A stretch of 64,000 bases of DNA, from contig OZ286461.1 of assembly GCA_965644265.1 (NCBI GenBank), positions 108,872,001-108,936,000 of the forward strand, written 5' to 3'. The stretch comes from Glycera tridactyla (taxonomy: Eukaryota). Below, piece after piece: positions 24,601 through 39,600 of this stretch. Every line of letters begins with the position of its first letter. Within the stretch, counting starts at the first letter, position 1. The position numbers and the translations under genes were made by a program. The notes under the pieces are model-generated. The model was not told the origin of the DNA. It did not search any database and worked only from the letters and a program-made list of their open reading frames with translations.

Positions 24601-27600
24601 GATTCCCAAGTGACGTGTACCAGGCACCTGATTTGGAAAAAGCTATATTCATGATTCTGCCATTTATTATCTACAAATCAGGGATGATGCGCATGAATTA
24701 GCGTCCTTGTTGGCTTATATTCAGAGGACTACCTCAAAATTCAATTTTTCCCAGCTGTTGATTATTGAGTAGCCTACTTTGACTTCAAATTATCCATATC
24801 AGCAGTTTGATTTCAGGGAATTGGCTCCTGTCCCAACCTGCAATTGGTATAACTACATGGATTGCCTGGGTTGAGTCATATCAGGGGGAGGGTGGTCAGC
24901 CTTGAATTCTGACATTGCTTTCTGACTGTCTGTCTGTCTTTGTCTGTCTTTCTGGTTGTCTATCTGAATATCCTACCTCCTTTTACATTCTCTCCATCCC
25001 CCACCCACCTCTCTCTCTTCGACTGTTGCCTCATTCCATTGAAATTTCCAAGACTGTTCAATGGAGTTTTATTATATACTACAATCACATATTTTGTAGA
25101 ATATTATCATCAAATTTGGGGAGAGAGTTCTTTACACTAAGACTAATGGATCTGTGATTGTCTTACAGGTGAAGTATTGGGGGTGTTATCCGCAAGTGAC
25201 AGCGATGATCAGTCGGTCAACTTTGTCATCCGGGGTGACATAGCCAACTCCATCCTCGAGCTTGTGCCCGTCACCAGCATGTCTGCAGAAATTCGTCTCA
25301 AGACAACACTCGATAGAGAGGTGAGATGTGCTCATGTGTGAATCAGTAAGATATACAGAAATGAGATAGTAGTAGTAGTACTGTATGTGTGAGCTCCACG
25401 TCTTTATGTCCACATGGAAGACTCTACATTCATTTTTTCCCTCAGCCATCCCTTAGGCCGGTGAATTGGGCGTTTCACCTGCCCTCCTCAACATTTTCAC
25501 CTCTCCTCCTGTGTATACAGTCAAATATGTCCTGAGCATGTGGCCAATGAGAGACACTAAAGTACATGCTTAGAACAGGTGCATAATTCTATCAGATAAA
25601 TTGAAGAGAATATACTTTGGCAGGATAAATAGAGCATGGTTGCTCAAGAGAGATTCTTGCTTATACAGGGCAGGTTTGACTGTGATGATAGAATGAATAA
25701 TGTTCGTGCAGGCAAACTCAAGAAATTGCCTGCCCTAACACTAATTCTGCGTATTTGAGCTAGTAGATACCTGATATACATCATATACTGGTGAATCTAA
25801 TGAGTAAAATCTCATATTTAGGCAGCCTCCTTTGGGAAGCCAAAAAGTTGTTGCTTGATACAGGAATATTTCGGTGTAAATACTTTAGTAGGAACGCTGA
25901 CAGTGGCTACTTGGTTGCTGAATACAATGAGTGCATAATACAGGTTCCAGTGTACATGTATGAGACATGTGTGTGCATCAGGGGCCATTAGTTCTTGGCC
26001 TAGTTTCATGAGGATAACTCTCTTTAGCAATTACCCAGAAAAGATGTATCATTTTGTGATAAAAATGGCAATGGTCAAGAGTTTGGTTATATCTTTCATA
26101 GCCTTAATCAGATGCGTACGGTGTATGATATTGTTTGTTTCATTTTTCAGACTGTGGACCAATACAGTATATTATTTGAAGTCAGTGATGCTTTCAATAC
26201 AGTGAGTACCTTGCTACCAGATTCAGAAATGGTCAGAATGATATTGGATATTTCGTGATTTGGAGGATTGAGACCAGTAAGGCTACAGCCCTGCTCCCTT
26301 ACATTTGTATCTGTATTTTGATATGGGAAACTATGATAAACATAAGTTGAAACAGTGTTTCACGATACACCATTGAAATGTACAAATTACATTTTGAGAA
26401 ATCATCCGATTTCTTGTGGATTTGAACTTGGGACCTCCAGCATGGCACAAACCGCCTACCCTGTGGAGGAGCTCGCTGACTTACACGCTGTGCTATGGGG
26501 ACCACCTCGAAAAAGTGGCCCCCACAGCACAGCCAAGTGCATGCTACACTCCCCACACAGACACACAGAGAACCCAGTGACCATCCGGTCATACTCGTGT
26601 TCAAGCCGCTTTTGTGAAATTTCACACAATGGAAGATGATTAGTTGAAAATGTGTTTCACGATACACCATTGAAATGTACAAATTACATTTTGAGAAATC
26701 ATCCGATTTCTTGTGGATTTAACTTGGGATAATGAACATGTTAGTGCATAAAGGGTCATAGCTGTAGGCTTTAGTCTTTTCAGATTGATACAATATCAAG
26801 TGCTACACTATTGGCATATGCATATCACATTCTCAAACATCATCAGCAGTCTTATACAATGAGCTACCCAGTCTGCCATAGAACAGCTGTAGAGACCAAA
26901 ACTTCATACAAAAATACTCAGAGAAGGACACCAATGAAAAGATGAAAGTGAATTATCAGAAGCATAGACCACCTACATTCAGGAAATATAAGTTATATGG
27001 AAGTACAGTCAAATCTATCCTGAGTATGTAGCACAATATTTAGTATATATAGCTCCTTCTGTAGAAGATCATGTGCCATTGTGTACCTCTCCTCTCATAC
27101 GAAGTCTTTTCAAGCAAATGCATTTGTCTGAAATTTCCCTTTAGTGACCCGATGGAACAATGCATACATGTACTTTGAAAGATCTATTGTTTGTAATAAC
27201 ACATGGAGCTATCTCATCCTTTTGTCATCAATACCATTGTACTTATTAGTAATCCTCACTTGATAATATCCTTGTGAATAAAGGATGGGTATTTGTTATT
27301 GATCATTATCAGCAGTATGTGAAGTATATGGGGTTATGAATGACTTCTTCATGATGTGTGGATTTGCCGATATCTTATTGCACTAGCATTGTCTGACAAT
27401 TTCTTTATCCCCTTTCTTTCAGATTTCAAAATATGCTACATTGTACGTCACAGATGTCAATGACAATGCACCAGCGTTTGTTAACCTCCCATACAGAGCT
27501 GAAGTGCCCGAGGTAAGTACTGGCCTCCCAAAGTGCATCATATCTTCATTCCAGAAATCGAATACAGCTCTAATCATCACCCTTTCCTTGCTGGAACATT

Positions 27601-30600
27601 GTTGTCTTTGCTAGAACATTGTTGTGGACAGTTTAAAAATTCAATTGCTTGATAGGAAAAACTCTGGTATGTTAAGCAAGCAGATGGAGTAAGGTATTCA
27701 CTCCAATGTCTGATTGGACTGTGGTATGAAGGTCTTTGTTTGATAGTATTGCATTTCCAAATTTTCCCTACAGCAATTCTTGTATTCATGAATGGACAAT
27801 GCCATCATTTATTGTCCCCCGCCGGAACACCGGAAGGGGGACTATAAAATAGTGGGCGTCCGTCCGTCTGTCCGTCCGTCTGTCCGTCCGTCCGTCCGTC
27901 CGTCCGTCCGTCCGTCCGTCCCTTGTCCGTCCGGTGTCCGTCCGGTGTCCGTCCGGGCACGCCAACTTTGCGGAACCTGTATCTCTGGAACCGCTGCACC
28001 GATTTTACACCAAATCAAGTTTCCTGGAAGCGTCTTGATGTGTAGGTGTGCACTGGTACGTTTATTCTGGATTTGGGCATGTGATTGCCTGCCCACGGGC
28101 AGGTGAAATTTGAAAAACTTCAGGATGTCATCAGGATTTTGCGGAACTCATATCTCCACTATGGCTGCACCGATTCACACCAAATCAAGTTTCCTGGAAG
28201 CGTCTTGATGTGTAGGTGTGCACTGGCATGTTTTTTCTGGATTTGGGCATGTGATTGCCTGCCCACGCACGGGCAGGTGAAATGTGAAGAACTTCAGGAT
28301 GTCATCAGGATTTTGCGGAACCCATATCTCCACTATGGCTGCACCGATTCACACCAAATTAAGTGTCCTGGGAGTGTCTTGATGTGTAGGTGTGCACTGG
28401 TACGTTTATTCTGGAATTGGGCATGTGATTGCCTGCCCACGGGCAGGTGAAATGTGAAAAACTTCAGGATGTCATCAGGATTTTGCGGAACTCATATCTC
28501 CACTATGGCTGCACCGATTCACACCAAATTAAGTGTCCTGGGAGCGTCTTGATGTGTAGGTGTGCACTGGCATGTTTATTCTGGATTTGGGCATGTGATT
28601 GCTTGCCCACGGGCAGGTGAAATGTGAAAAACTTCAGGATGTCATCAGGATTTTGCGGAACTCATATCTCCACTATGGCTGCACCGATTCACACCAGATC
28701 AAGTTTCCTGGAAGCGTCTTGATGTGTTGGTGTGCACTGGCATGTTTATTCTGGATTTGGGCCTGTGGTGGACTGACCATGGGCAGGTGAAATGTCTGGG
28801 AACTTCAAGATGGTATACACTCCAATCAAGATTTTGCGGAACTCATATCTCCACAATGGCTGCACCAATTCACACCAAATCAAATCTCCTAGAAGCATCT
28901 TGATGTGTGGGTGTGCACTGGCATGCTTATTATAGTTTTGAGCCTTTCATGGGCTGCCCATGGGCAGGTGAAATATCTGAAAAACTTCAGGATGGTACAT
29001 ACTTCCATTAAGGTTTTGTGGAACTCATATCTCCATACCTGCTGCCCCAATCAATACCCAATTGAGTTTCCTGGAAATGTCTTGATGTGTAGGTGTGCAC
29101 TGGCACATTTATTCTGGAATAGAGCATGTGATGGGTTGCCCATGGACAGTTGAAATGTCTGAAAAACTTCAGCATGGTATACACACTCATCAAGATTTTG
29201 CGGAACTCATATCTCCATCATGGCTGCACCGATTCACACCAAATCAAGTTTCCTAGAAGTGCCGTTATGTGTAGGTGTGCACTGGCCCATTTATTCTGGC
29301 TTCGGCCATGTGATGGGCTGCCCACGGCGCAGGTGAAATGTCTGAATGCTAGGCACTCCCATCCAAACTTTGCAGAACTCATATCTCCACAACCGCTCCA
29401 CCGATTCACACAAAACAAAGTTTTCCTGAAGCGTCCTGATATGCAGGTGTGCCCTGGCAGATTTATTACAAATTTGTACATGCAATGGGCTGCCCATGGG
29501 CAGTTGAAATGTCTGAAGGACTTCAATATGGCATGCACTCTTATTTGGACTTAATGGAACTCTTCTCTCTAAAACGGCTACACCAATCCACATCGAATGA
29601 ACTTTCCCTGAAGTGTCTTTATGTGTAGCTGTGCACTGACATCTTTATCATGGGTTTGGGCAAGTGATGGATAGCATAGGCTGCCCATTGACATTTAAAA
29701 TGGTTGATGGTATGGACTTATAGGAACCCATGTAGTGTGGACTGCTGCACCAATCCACACTGAATCAACCTTTCTGGAAGCATCTTCTTGAAGAGCCTCA
29801 AACACTTCAGGATGGCATGCGCTGTGCAGAACCCATGTATTCAAAACAAATGCACTAATTCATACCAAATCATATCTTATTGATCTTTCTCATTGTTCAT
29901 ATGTGCACTGGCACATTTATTCTGGGATTGGGCAAAGTAATGGGCTGCCCATGGGCATACTTGAAACACTCCATAATGGCATGCACATTGTCGACCCCAA
30001 CACATTTTTTCTGCGCAGTTCGGGAAGCAGAGGTGCTCACTGTCATAATCCCACATCGGCGGGGGACCCTGCATCACTGATGCCTTGTTTTTTATCATAT
30101 AGAATCATATCATCTGATTCATATTGGTATTATGATTTTTTCTGAAATCCCTATTTTTTCATGAAACTTACTTGCTCTCAAACCCCAACCAAACCAAACC
30201 TATTTCTGATTTGAATGTTTTGTTGTTTTTCCAGGATGCAGCTGTTGGTTTGTCAGTTTTCCAAGTGTCGGCATCAGATCCCGACCTGGGTATCTCGGGA
30301 CTCATCAGTTACAACATCACGGTGAGTTATCTTTAGATAGAGCTCCCTACCTTTGTAAAAACTACATTAGAGGACAGTGTGTTCATTCACTTTGCATGAG
30401 CTAGCATGACTAATCAAATGCACCCAGTACAGTGAAACCTGCAAAAGGGGTTACTCTTAATGTCAACAAAATGTGGTCTTAAGTAATCTTGTTGACAAAA
30501 TGATATTTGACTATTTGAAAGAGAAAAGGGGCTTTTGAAAGGTATCTATCGAAACAGATAGTCTTTTGCAGAGGGTTTCTCATCAGAGGTGCTACTATTT

Positions 30601-33600
30601 ATACAGAGTCCGAGACTCAATATTTTCATATCAAATTTTGGTTTATCATTTTTGGCAAAACACTGCTCACAAATATGAAAGTCAATCTGCAATCCTGCAT
30701 CATTTTAGAGCCCTGATTGTGGCATTCATGTATCCTGCTATTAAGGCTTTAGAACTACATATGATAGCAAATGGTCATCAAATATCAATAAGATCAGCAG
30801 CGGGCCTCAAAATATCCAGGACCCAATGGAGTGACATTCCCTGCAAAGCTGCCCGGGTGAACGGCAGTGGTTGAGTCATTACAGCCATTTGTTGGAGACA
30901 CATGTAGTTCTAGAGAAAACAAAACAGTCTCATAATATCCAACAATATCTCATGAGCGATGTGAGTCAAGCATAATTCCTATGCATGACTGTTGTGTGTG
31001 AAAGTTTCCTCTTCCCTTGTGGATCTCAGGTTATCCCATAGTAATTGACATTGGTGGACATGCTTTGCTGAAAATTCTCACATTTGAACTTGATCAGTGC
31101 TCAGCCTAGATTTGATGCATATCTCCTTGTGGAATGTCATGTTTTGTCCCCAGTAACAGATGTCCCTGAATGACTTCAAACATGATCATATTTTTCTCAA
31201 GGATTTCCGGAATGTATTTGTATGTATTCCCAGAACTGATTATGTTTGAACATTGTACTTATATTGTTATGAAGGATCTGTATCGTTCTACGTCCACCAG
31301 TTTGATATTGTCTGTGGGATATCATATTTGTAATCTGTATTTTTCAAATTCTAGGATTGTTCTGGTTCATTGAACTGTTGCATGGCTGAGGTTGGGATTT
31401 CATTATAATCATTCAGTCTGGTGTACAGAAGAACAAAATACCACTTGAAATCCCAACCACTGAATTGATATCAAAAGCACACGTTTTGGCAATGTTTGGA
31501 ATTTGTTGTGCTCCACGACTATTTTGTCTCAAAATATCAATAGGGGAATTGAATTTCACACATAGCTTCCTGCACATCCATGCAAGTGTTGTATCAACAG
31601 TTATGTGACAGGGAATATCTATGGCTACTTCATTGAAAATATATAGCAGGGAAGTGGCAAATTTACAAGTGGCAATGGCAATAGAAGATATGGCCCTGTT
31701 ATTCTGTTTTATGTAGCACCCTCATGCCCAAAGCTGGCAATTGAGTGGTATCATCTGGTTCCAACGCAAGCATTATGCAGACCCAATGCACATCTGAGGA
31801 AGGTCATGCCTGTTTCGGTTCTTTACAATCCTGAAAAGCCCAAAGTCATTGAGATCATCTGTACCAAACATTCATGAGCCTACCATCTGGCAACCTATGG
31901 ATTTACATCAAATTTATCAATACCCTTTTTCAACACTAAATCCCACTCCTATACTCCCAACATTTCCAGGGCCCCTGTACCTTGAAATTTAGCCTTTCTC
32001 AGACTTCCTTTGCATAGTAACAAATTGCTTTCCATCCCAGCAATCCTGCATAATATTTGAATGAAATAGCCCTAGATGACTGTTCATGTTATCTATTGAT
32101 TATTATAAAAAATGATTTGATATTTCAAGGCAGATGTAAGTTCTGCAAAAATTGGATTGAGAGTAGCTGATTGATTGGTCAACTTCTCAAACCAGTGGCC
32201 AATGCACAGGCACTGGTTGATCCTTGTTTTCAGTTATACCATGGGTGAAAGCATTTCTTTCTTTCATAAATACATGTATACATTGATATAAAAGGAAATA
32301 GTCTGGATTAATGTAGAAAGGTATATCTTCAATCATGCAACGAAACTAGGGAGGAAATTCCCAAATGCACACCCCTCTCTTCGAAGAAGAGATTGCCGTT
32401 ATTATTGTAGACATTATCTTCTCACAATTTTTCCATTATTGTATTATTGAGAGCAATCTCCTGCATGCTACTTCCACAGACCTGCATGAAAATATTATTC
32501 TTTTGGATGAATTGTGTACTGTGTGAAGTTCTCTTCTTGAAACTCAGCTCTTATTCATTTGACACCAGTAATATGATCAGATTGTTATCTATTTCAAACA
32601 AAAACATGGTTTACTTCAATAGAAAATATCTTATCTGCTTGGCCTCATAATAAAGCATCACAATATGATGCTATCAGTCTATGGGCAAGAAATGATTCTC
32701 AGTTCGGTGAAATGAACTAATATCATGTTGGAATCAAATTATGGGTGGCATTCAGAAAGTTGACCTGCTCTACTGCTATTTCAGGCTGTACTCAAGCATG
32801 TTGAAATCTCATTTGCTATTTGATCCATGAAGGGGGTGAACAAAAGAACAAAGCATTTCATTTCTGGTTCAAGGACTTCATTGTCCTCACCAAATTCACA
32901 CACAGTGTTGACCCACATATGACTTTGATGATGAAGAATTTGTCAATCAGTCAACCTCAACTTCAGTTCAACAATATGATTGGTGATTCTGTCATTGGAT
33001 AATCAATTTCTGTAAATGATCATGGATGCAACATGATTGGTCAGCACTACCCGACCAGGGAGAAACTGTCATATTCCAGCCAATCAGCATGTATGTAAGA
33101 TTGGAATGTCATTCCCATGATTCTTTCAATGTGATATGAATCATTCACTTTAGATGGATATAAAAGAACAAGTTGCATGATAACTGCACCAAATTCCAAA
33201 TATTCATCTATCTCTCACTTTGAGTTTGTATTGTATTCACCCATTGTCTTGATTGTTTTTCATATGACCATTTTCATATTGTAAACAGCCAAAACGGAAG
33301 GTAACCGCATCATTTATCCTCATGTTTTGATTCTTGTGTGATATCTGCAGCCATTCATTGCTGTTTTGCTGTGATTTATGAATGTTGTGATGTGATTTTC
33401 GTCATTGTGCCGTGATTAGCTTGAAGTGAATCATCATTTGATTTTCTGCCTTGCTAAACGCAAGAAAAAGTCCTCAGTGCCGAAAGCAGATGACAGTCAG
33501 TTATGCTTACTCAAAGTTGAGTCACTGAAATAAAGTACAAAAGCCTAGGGTGCTATGGAACTCAGAAATGTCTCATGGAATTTGTAACCAGTAAATGTAA

Positions 33601-36600
33601 TCATAAGTCATACCTACAACAATGAAGCCTGCCTGAGTAAGCATTTGTCATCAAATTTGCAACAAAGTACCTATCCACATCTGGATCAGTTGGAATGGTA
33701 GGATGCACCTATTCTCATCAGTAGCTTTAAAAATCTCATAGCTTACATTTATGCCAAACATTTCCAAGATCTCTAGTGAGAGATGTACGAGGATGAGCAA
33801 TTATGCTGTGGAACTGGTAGAAACATCACTCAAAAAGATACAGAGGAAGAAATGGTGAATTAGGGAAGGTCCTCAGTGAAAAACCAGGTCAGGTTTCAGT
33901 CACTTTGATTTTCAGAGCCCTGTGGAAGGGAGATCTGGCGGGCCAGTCAAGTTTAAACTTTACCATACACCAACAAAGTTGGAACATGGACATTCAACAT
34001 CCCAACTGAAGAAGAGGGTTGTCATAGCGTTGGCAGAGATAACCACAAAATGGCACCCCCATCCCCCCAATGTAGTGACATGGCCCTCTGAAGATAGCAG
34101 GGTTGATGCCCACCCCAGCTGGGAATGGCACCATACCTCTGCTGGTCCAGGGATGGCATTCAAGCTAGTGATGTGCTGGGCAACTGAAATGCTTCTCCCC
34201 AAGATGAGGCCGAATGTGGTCGGGGTTAATTAGGGAGTAATATATAATTTTTGGCATTGCTGTCTTAATTTTGGATCCAGTATGGTATTCCTAAAGCTCA
34301 TCCCGGTCAAATTGCTGGAAAGTCCATCAATTTCTTTGTTCAAAGTTCTACAGCTGGTACAAAAGGTTCCACTTTTATCAGAGACCTGCATCAGAGACCT
34401 GCAACAGTATTGTTGAATAGTGAAGAAGCATTTCAGTTTTTACAGCTAGACATTTCCATTTAAGTTAGTGGATTTTGGCAGTGCAGATAGTTGTAAATGG
34501 AAAATGAGTTGAGTTAGACACATGGTTGAGCCTCTCTTTCTCAAAAGACAGGCATCATTTATAGTTTTGGCTAATATCGTCTCAAAGAAGGGCACTGAAG
34601 ACATCATGCTGTTTCATTACAATCATGTATATCATTTAAAATTTCCCCTAGTTCTTTAGTATCTATTAATGTTTCTAATTTTTCTCGTGATCTTTCATCC
34701 TCAGGTAGACATAGACTTTCTCTTTGTCATCTTGAAATTACATTAATAGATTTCTCAGAGAATATAGACAATATGTAATTAATCTGTTATTTCAACTTCT
34801 GCATGCAGGCAATCGTAACCAGATTTGAGGTAAAAATGTTCAGTTATAGGATCTTTGGTGCTATGTCAATCCACCAGAGGGGAGTTCAGACTTCATGATC
34901 CTATTTTCTTTCATCAATGTCACACCAGGTGGAAGTCCCATAATATTGCTACCTGCTTGAATTTTTCAGACAGATTCACTCGTCTTTTCTTCTACTTTTC
35001 CATTGTTCACTGTGTTCCTGCATCATTGATGAAATAAGTGCTGTGATTGGAATGATACTGAATCTGAAAGTAGGTCCAAAAAATTAAATTTCAAAACAAT
35101 CATTCCAACTCAGCTGCATTGATTATGATCTTGGGAGATTTGAGGATGTGCTTCATTTCACACTGTTCTTGGAATGTCATTCATATTGTCATATTTGCCA
35201 GGTTGAAGGCATGAAATTGAGTATGCCATCATAAATTTTCAATTTTACCATACCATATTAGTCCTTGCTGTGATACCACAGTCACCAGATATCAAAAGTA
35301 TCAACTGCTGCACATGGGCAATGTTGTTAAACTTTTGATTCTCTTATCGCTGTGTTTCTCTTTGTTGTGGTGTTGCAGCACCAAATCCCAAATTTTAAGA
35401 GTCAGAACTGGCCTGCCTGACAAGATATTTCATCGAATTGAAGTTATTATAGAGAACCAATCTCTTTCTTTTCAAGGTCATCATATTTATTCTTGCTCTG
35501 ATTATACACCTTTTTAGACATTTGCTTCAAAACCTAGTCTCTTTTTCTTGATTCCCGGTTTGCCGTTGTATCCCCACTTCTGAAATGCATCCTGAATGAT
35601 ACCGAGTGTGCTTTTTTCATTTACATATCTATTGTCTTTCTTAACAATCTTCATGTATATCATCATTGATAAGATTAGGAGCTTGCAAGTATTTTCTTCA
35701 TTTGATTGAATAAGTTCACAGATATGCTTTCTTTGATTGATTTATTCTGTGCAAAAATTAGTGTACATTTAAGCTGCTTGTGTGGTTACTTACAAAATGG
35801 TACATTCATGCCTACGTACATCAGAGTGCCTTATCCACTGACCATCTGAGAGTGTTTAGGTGCAACACCTGTTATTGAAAATTTGATTATATCACAAGGA
35901 TGACCTACACATTGTATTCAGAAAATATAACCCTCCTGTCTTATTGATTAAAAAATGGTGGCTTAATTATAAGCTACACCTTTTGGACACACAAATCTGG
36001 TGTCTTCTCTCTGGAAGATTTCTGTTATTGTGAAGATGGGACAACTGTTTCTACTAGTACTGGAACCTCGCAAAGCCAGTATGTTCATATCCTTGAATCA
36101 TACCATTGGTTTCACCATGGCTCTCATGATTTACATATGGAGTGCCATGACTATTTCTACATGTTAAATTCCTTCACATCAGCATTTCTGATGTATTTAA
36201 CATATTTCTCATAAGATGCAATTGAAGTGCCAATTAGTCAATTAACTAATCAGTCATCTGCTTCATCATCATGATGCAAGGCACCTCAGATGGGCTCGCT
36301 GATTGATTGACAGCTTGATTGACTGTATAATTAGTTGATTGACAGGTACTTCAGATCCATAAGATATACACCCTTGAAATATATCACTATATACCCTAGA
36401 TGTGAGTCAATATTAGGGTGATGGACGAAGGGGGAACTATATATGATAATTCAAGATGTGCAAGTCAGAGTTTTGATGAGTCATTCAATTGCAGATTTTG
36501 GAGAATTATCAGAGTGAACAGGTGTCATGGAAATTGGGAACTGACTGTACATCATCCATCCTTCTGAGTGCAGTTATGAGCATCATGACATCATCAATAT

Positions 36601-39600
36601 ATACACATCATGGCTTCCATCATTGCAAATATCTACACCATCCTACCACACAAGACATTGACAATGAACATCTCCATCACACCTGCATCTTACCATGTCA
36701 ATCACTCCCATCGTCATGACAACACAACACTCCCATCGTCATGACAACACAACACTCCCATCGTCATGACAACACAACACTCCCATCGTCATGACAACAC
36801 AACACTCCCATCATCATGACAGTAGGACGTCACATTGTCAGCATGACCAATATCATCACCACACCGACACTGATACAACAGCTTATGACATCAAGAATAC
36901 AAATGTACATTGTGGTAATCTTCACCATGCCACTGATATCTGTAATATGATCACAGTCTCGGTTCATAGTTCTTTTTCTACACTGAATATGTATTGGGAT
37001 AAGATTCGAAATGAAGTGGAAGCAGTCCTAACTATTTTAGTGCCAGTAAACTGGCAACCATTATCATTATATTTCATTTTAGTCTTTGATTGTTGCATCA
37101 CATGTACCATATTGTATCAACTGCTGATTCGTCTTTATGACAACCGGCCATATCATTCCCATCACACTTCTTTAAGTGTCATCTTGATCACCATCAGGAG
37201 TAATAACCCAGGCTCCCTTTATGTCACATTCAGTGATTGTTCCAGACATATATTCTTATCTGTATGATGCAAACCCTGGTCTCATTGATTGGTGGCCTTT
37301 AGGATCACACACTCAACCTTTTTATCGTCATGATATGAAACAAAACGAATCAATTTTTAGGGCAAAATACTCCAGTTTTGCACTTATAAAATTGCTAATC
37401 TGACCATTGCTATAGTGAAGTCCTAATTTGACTGGGAGGTCGGTTATGTGGGTCTTTGCTGAAGAAACTATCCACTGATCTTTGATTAATGAAAATATGT
37501 TTGTTTATTTTTGCAGACCACACAGGGCCTCTTCACTGTGGATACTGCCACTGGTATTGTCACATTAGCAGATCAGCTGGATTATGAAACAGAGAAGTTC
37601 TACCAACTGGAAATAATGGCCGTGGTAAGTTATCCCTGACACAATACACTGAGAAGAGGACATTCAGAGCAAAATACTTAAGTTAATTTCTGTTGCAAAA
37701 TTAAGATTGTGATATTCAATGTCATATCATGTAATCAATTACATCCTCTGTAACACTGCTGATGTTGCTGTGATAGAGGTTCTATTGGAAATTCAAATTA
37801 GAATAGGACTATAGTTGAACCTGGGTTAATTCGCAGAAACCCTGCTTTAGTAGAGCAAGTGTTTACAAGTGAAATGCCCTTCTTGGGTTATGCTTCTGCC
37901 AGATCATCATACCTCTGTCCACAAAAACATGATTATTTATAATGGGAGGGGAGCTATGGCCCCTAATGCCTCATAGCTTCATCATATGTTGTATAAAATC
38001 AATGATGTATTCACTCCTCTTAGTGAGTTAGGAGGATGGTGGGGAAAGATTCCATAGTTAGGCTGGAGTTGAAATCTCTCAAGTAGAAGCATCAGTAGCA
38101 GCACTGACTGTCACAGACAGAGATACGGTGGGACCTGCCATGAGCAGACATATTGAATTCCTCAAACTTTGGCCCCTCATAACAGGTACTTCTTGGGCAA
38201 GATATATTCACAATAGAGTGTAGTTCATGCTCAAAGCAGGTGATTGCTCACCCCAGGCATATCACAGCTGCCACCATGCCTCTTACAGGCGCCTATATCA
38301 CACAGTCTTATACCTGATGTTCCCATCGTGAATCCTGCTACCACTACCAGGGATGATGAAATTTCTGTCATTTGAACATATAATCATGTTCTGACTCAAG
38401 TGAACAGTCTTTCACAAAGTATAAATTATCACCTGCTCACCTGTGAAATTGAGGCGAGGATCAGTGAATTACATCAATCCACTCTCCCCACTGGACCTCT
38501 GAAAATTCAATTCAGCTCATATACAAAACAGGCTCTCATTTGTGACGAATATACAAGTTTGAAAACTGGTAGCTGTGACATCTCAACATTGTAAATCGCT
38601 GTGGTTCTGACACAAGTGTGTGAGTTTCCACAATTAGGATTAGAATAAAAAAAAATATTTCAACTTAACAAAGGAGGGTAAAGAATTTACAAATTTTCTC
38701 CAAGTGCAAAATAAAGCACTACGTATTATTACAAAGAGTGATTATAGAGCAAGAACGGTTGACCTACATGATACTCTCCAATTGCCATTCCTGGATTGTC
38801 GAAGACAGTGTCACACACTACTGCATGTCAACGAAGTCTTGACTGGTACTGTACATCACCAATATATGTCACTATGTACGTATAGACAGCCGGACTACGA
38901 TTATGTGACTCGTTCAAGTAAAAAACCATTGCTAGACTATACTGTTCCTAGACTAAAAGTGTGTGAGGGCTCTTTCAGATATAGTGGAGCTAGAACATGG
39001 AATAATTATGTAGAAAAATATGACAATTTTGAAGCCTGTGAATTGACTATCTCCAAGGAGAAATTGAAGGAATTCATGTTTATATAATTTAAATGTAATC
39101 CGAGAAACAACACAGTAGAAACTAAGGCATGTAGATATGTGGGTTGGGTGGGAATGGTGGTGGAAATGGGAAGGGGGGGAGGAGGGGAGGTGGAGAGGGA
39201 AGGAGGATGGGAAAAGGGAAGCTGGAGGATGTGGAGTAGGGGATATCATGAGTAGAGGAGGGGAGGTGGGGAGGGAGGGAGGATGGGAAGAGGGAGGATG
39301 GAGAATGTGGGGTAGGGAATATTAGAGAAGGGAAAACCACGGTGGAGAGTACAGTATCAATCTATACTGTGAAAGTAATACCAGAATTACATGCTCTTCA
39401 GTTATGTTACTTACTAACAAATACTTTCTATTTCAGAAAATTTATGATAGTTTTGCAATGTTTGAAAAATGTGGTGTTATCATATATAATTTGTCATGCT
39501 GGAGAAGCCCTGATAAGGGCAATTGTCTTGTGTACTTTTGTATTTTTGACGAATCAAAATAAAGAATATATCATATCATATCATATCCAATCAGAGTTCA

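Noticed and set aside
26411-26503. Functional tRNA gene (also 3475-3570 and 12176-12263)
   Set aside because: The T-stem and acceptor stem do not pair and A-B spacing is extended; only the boxes are tRNA-like.
28085-29593. Repeated Cys-rich ORFs (..GQVKCEKLQDVIRILRNSYLHYGCTDSH..)
   Set aside because: These are translations of the 170/182-bp satellite; the period is not a multiple of 3 and there are no splice signals.
27965-29990. Arrays (also 1040-1980 and 50962-51348) as CRISPR-like
   Set aside because: The units are head-to-tail monomers with no unique spacers, and the context is eukaryotic.
35314-35517. Signal-peptide-like ORF MGNVVKLLILLSLCFSLLWCCST
   Set aside because: It lies in intron 5, downstream of EC1 exons, has no clear splice link and is probably antisense to decayed repeat sequence.
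36791-37267. 158-aa His-rich ORF
   Set aside because: It starts in the 25-bp minisatellite and CAT-rich low-complexity sequence.
39122-39340. Pro-rich and Gly/Glu-rich ORFs
   Set aside because: Translations of a purine-rich simple tract.
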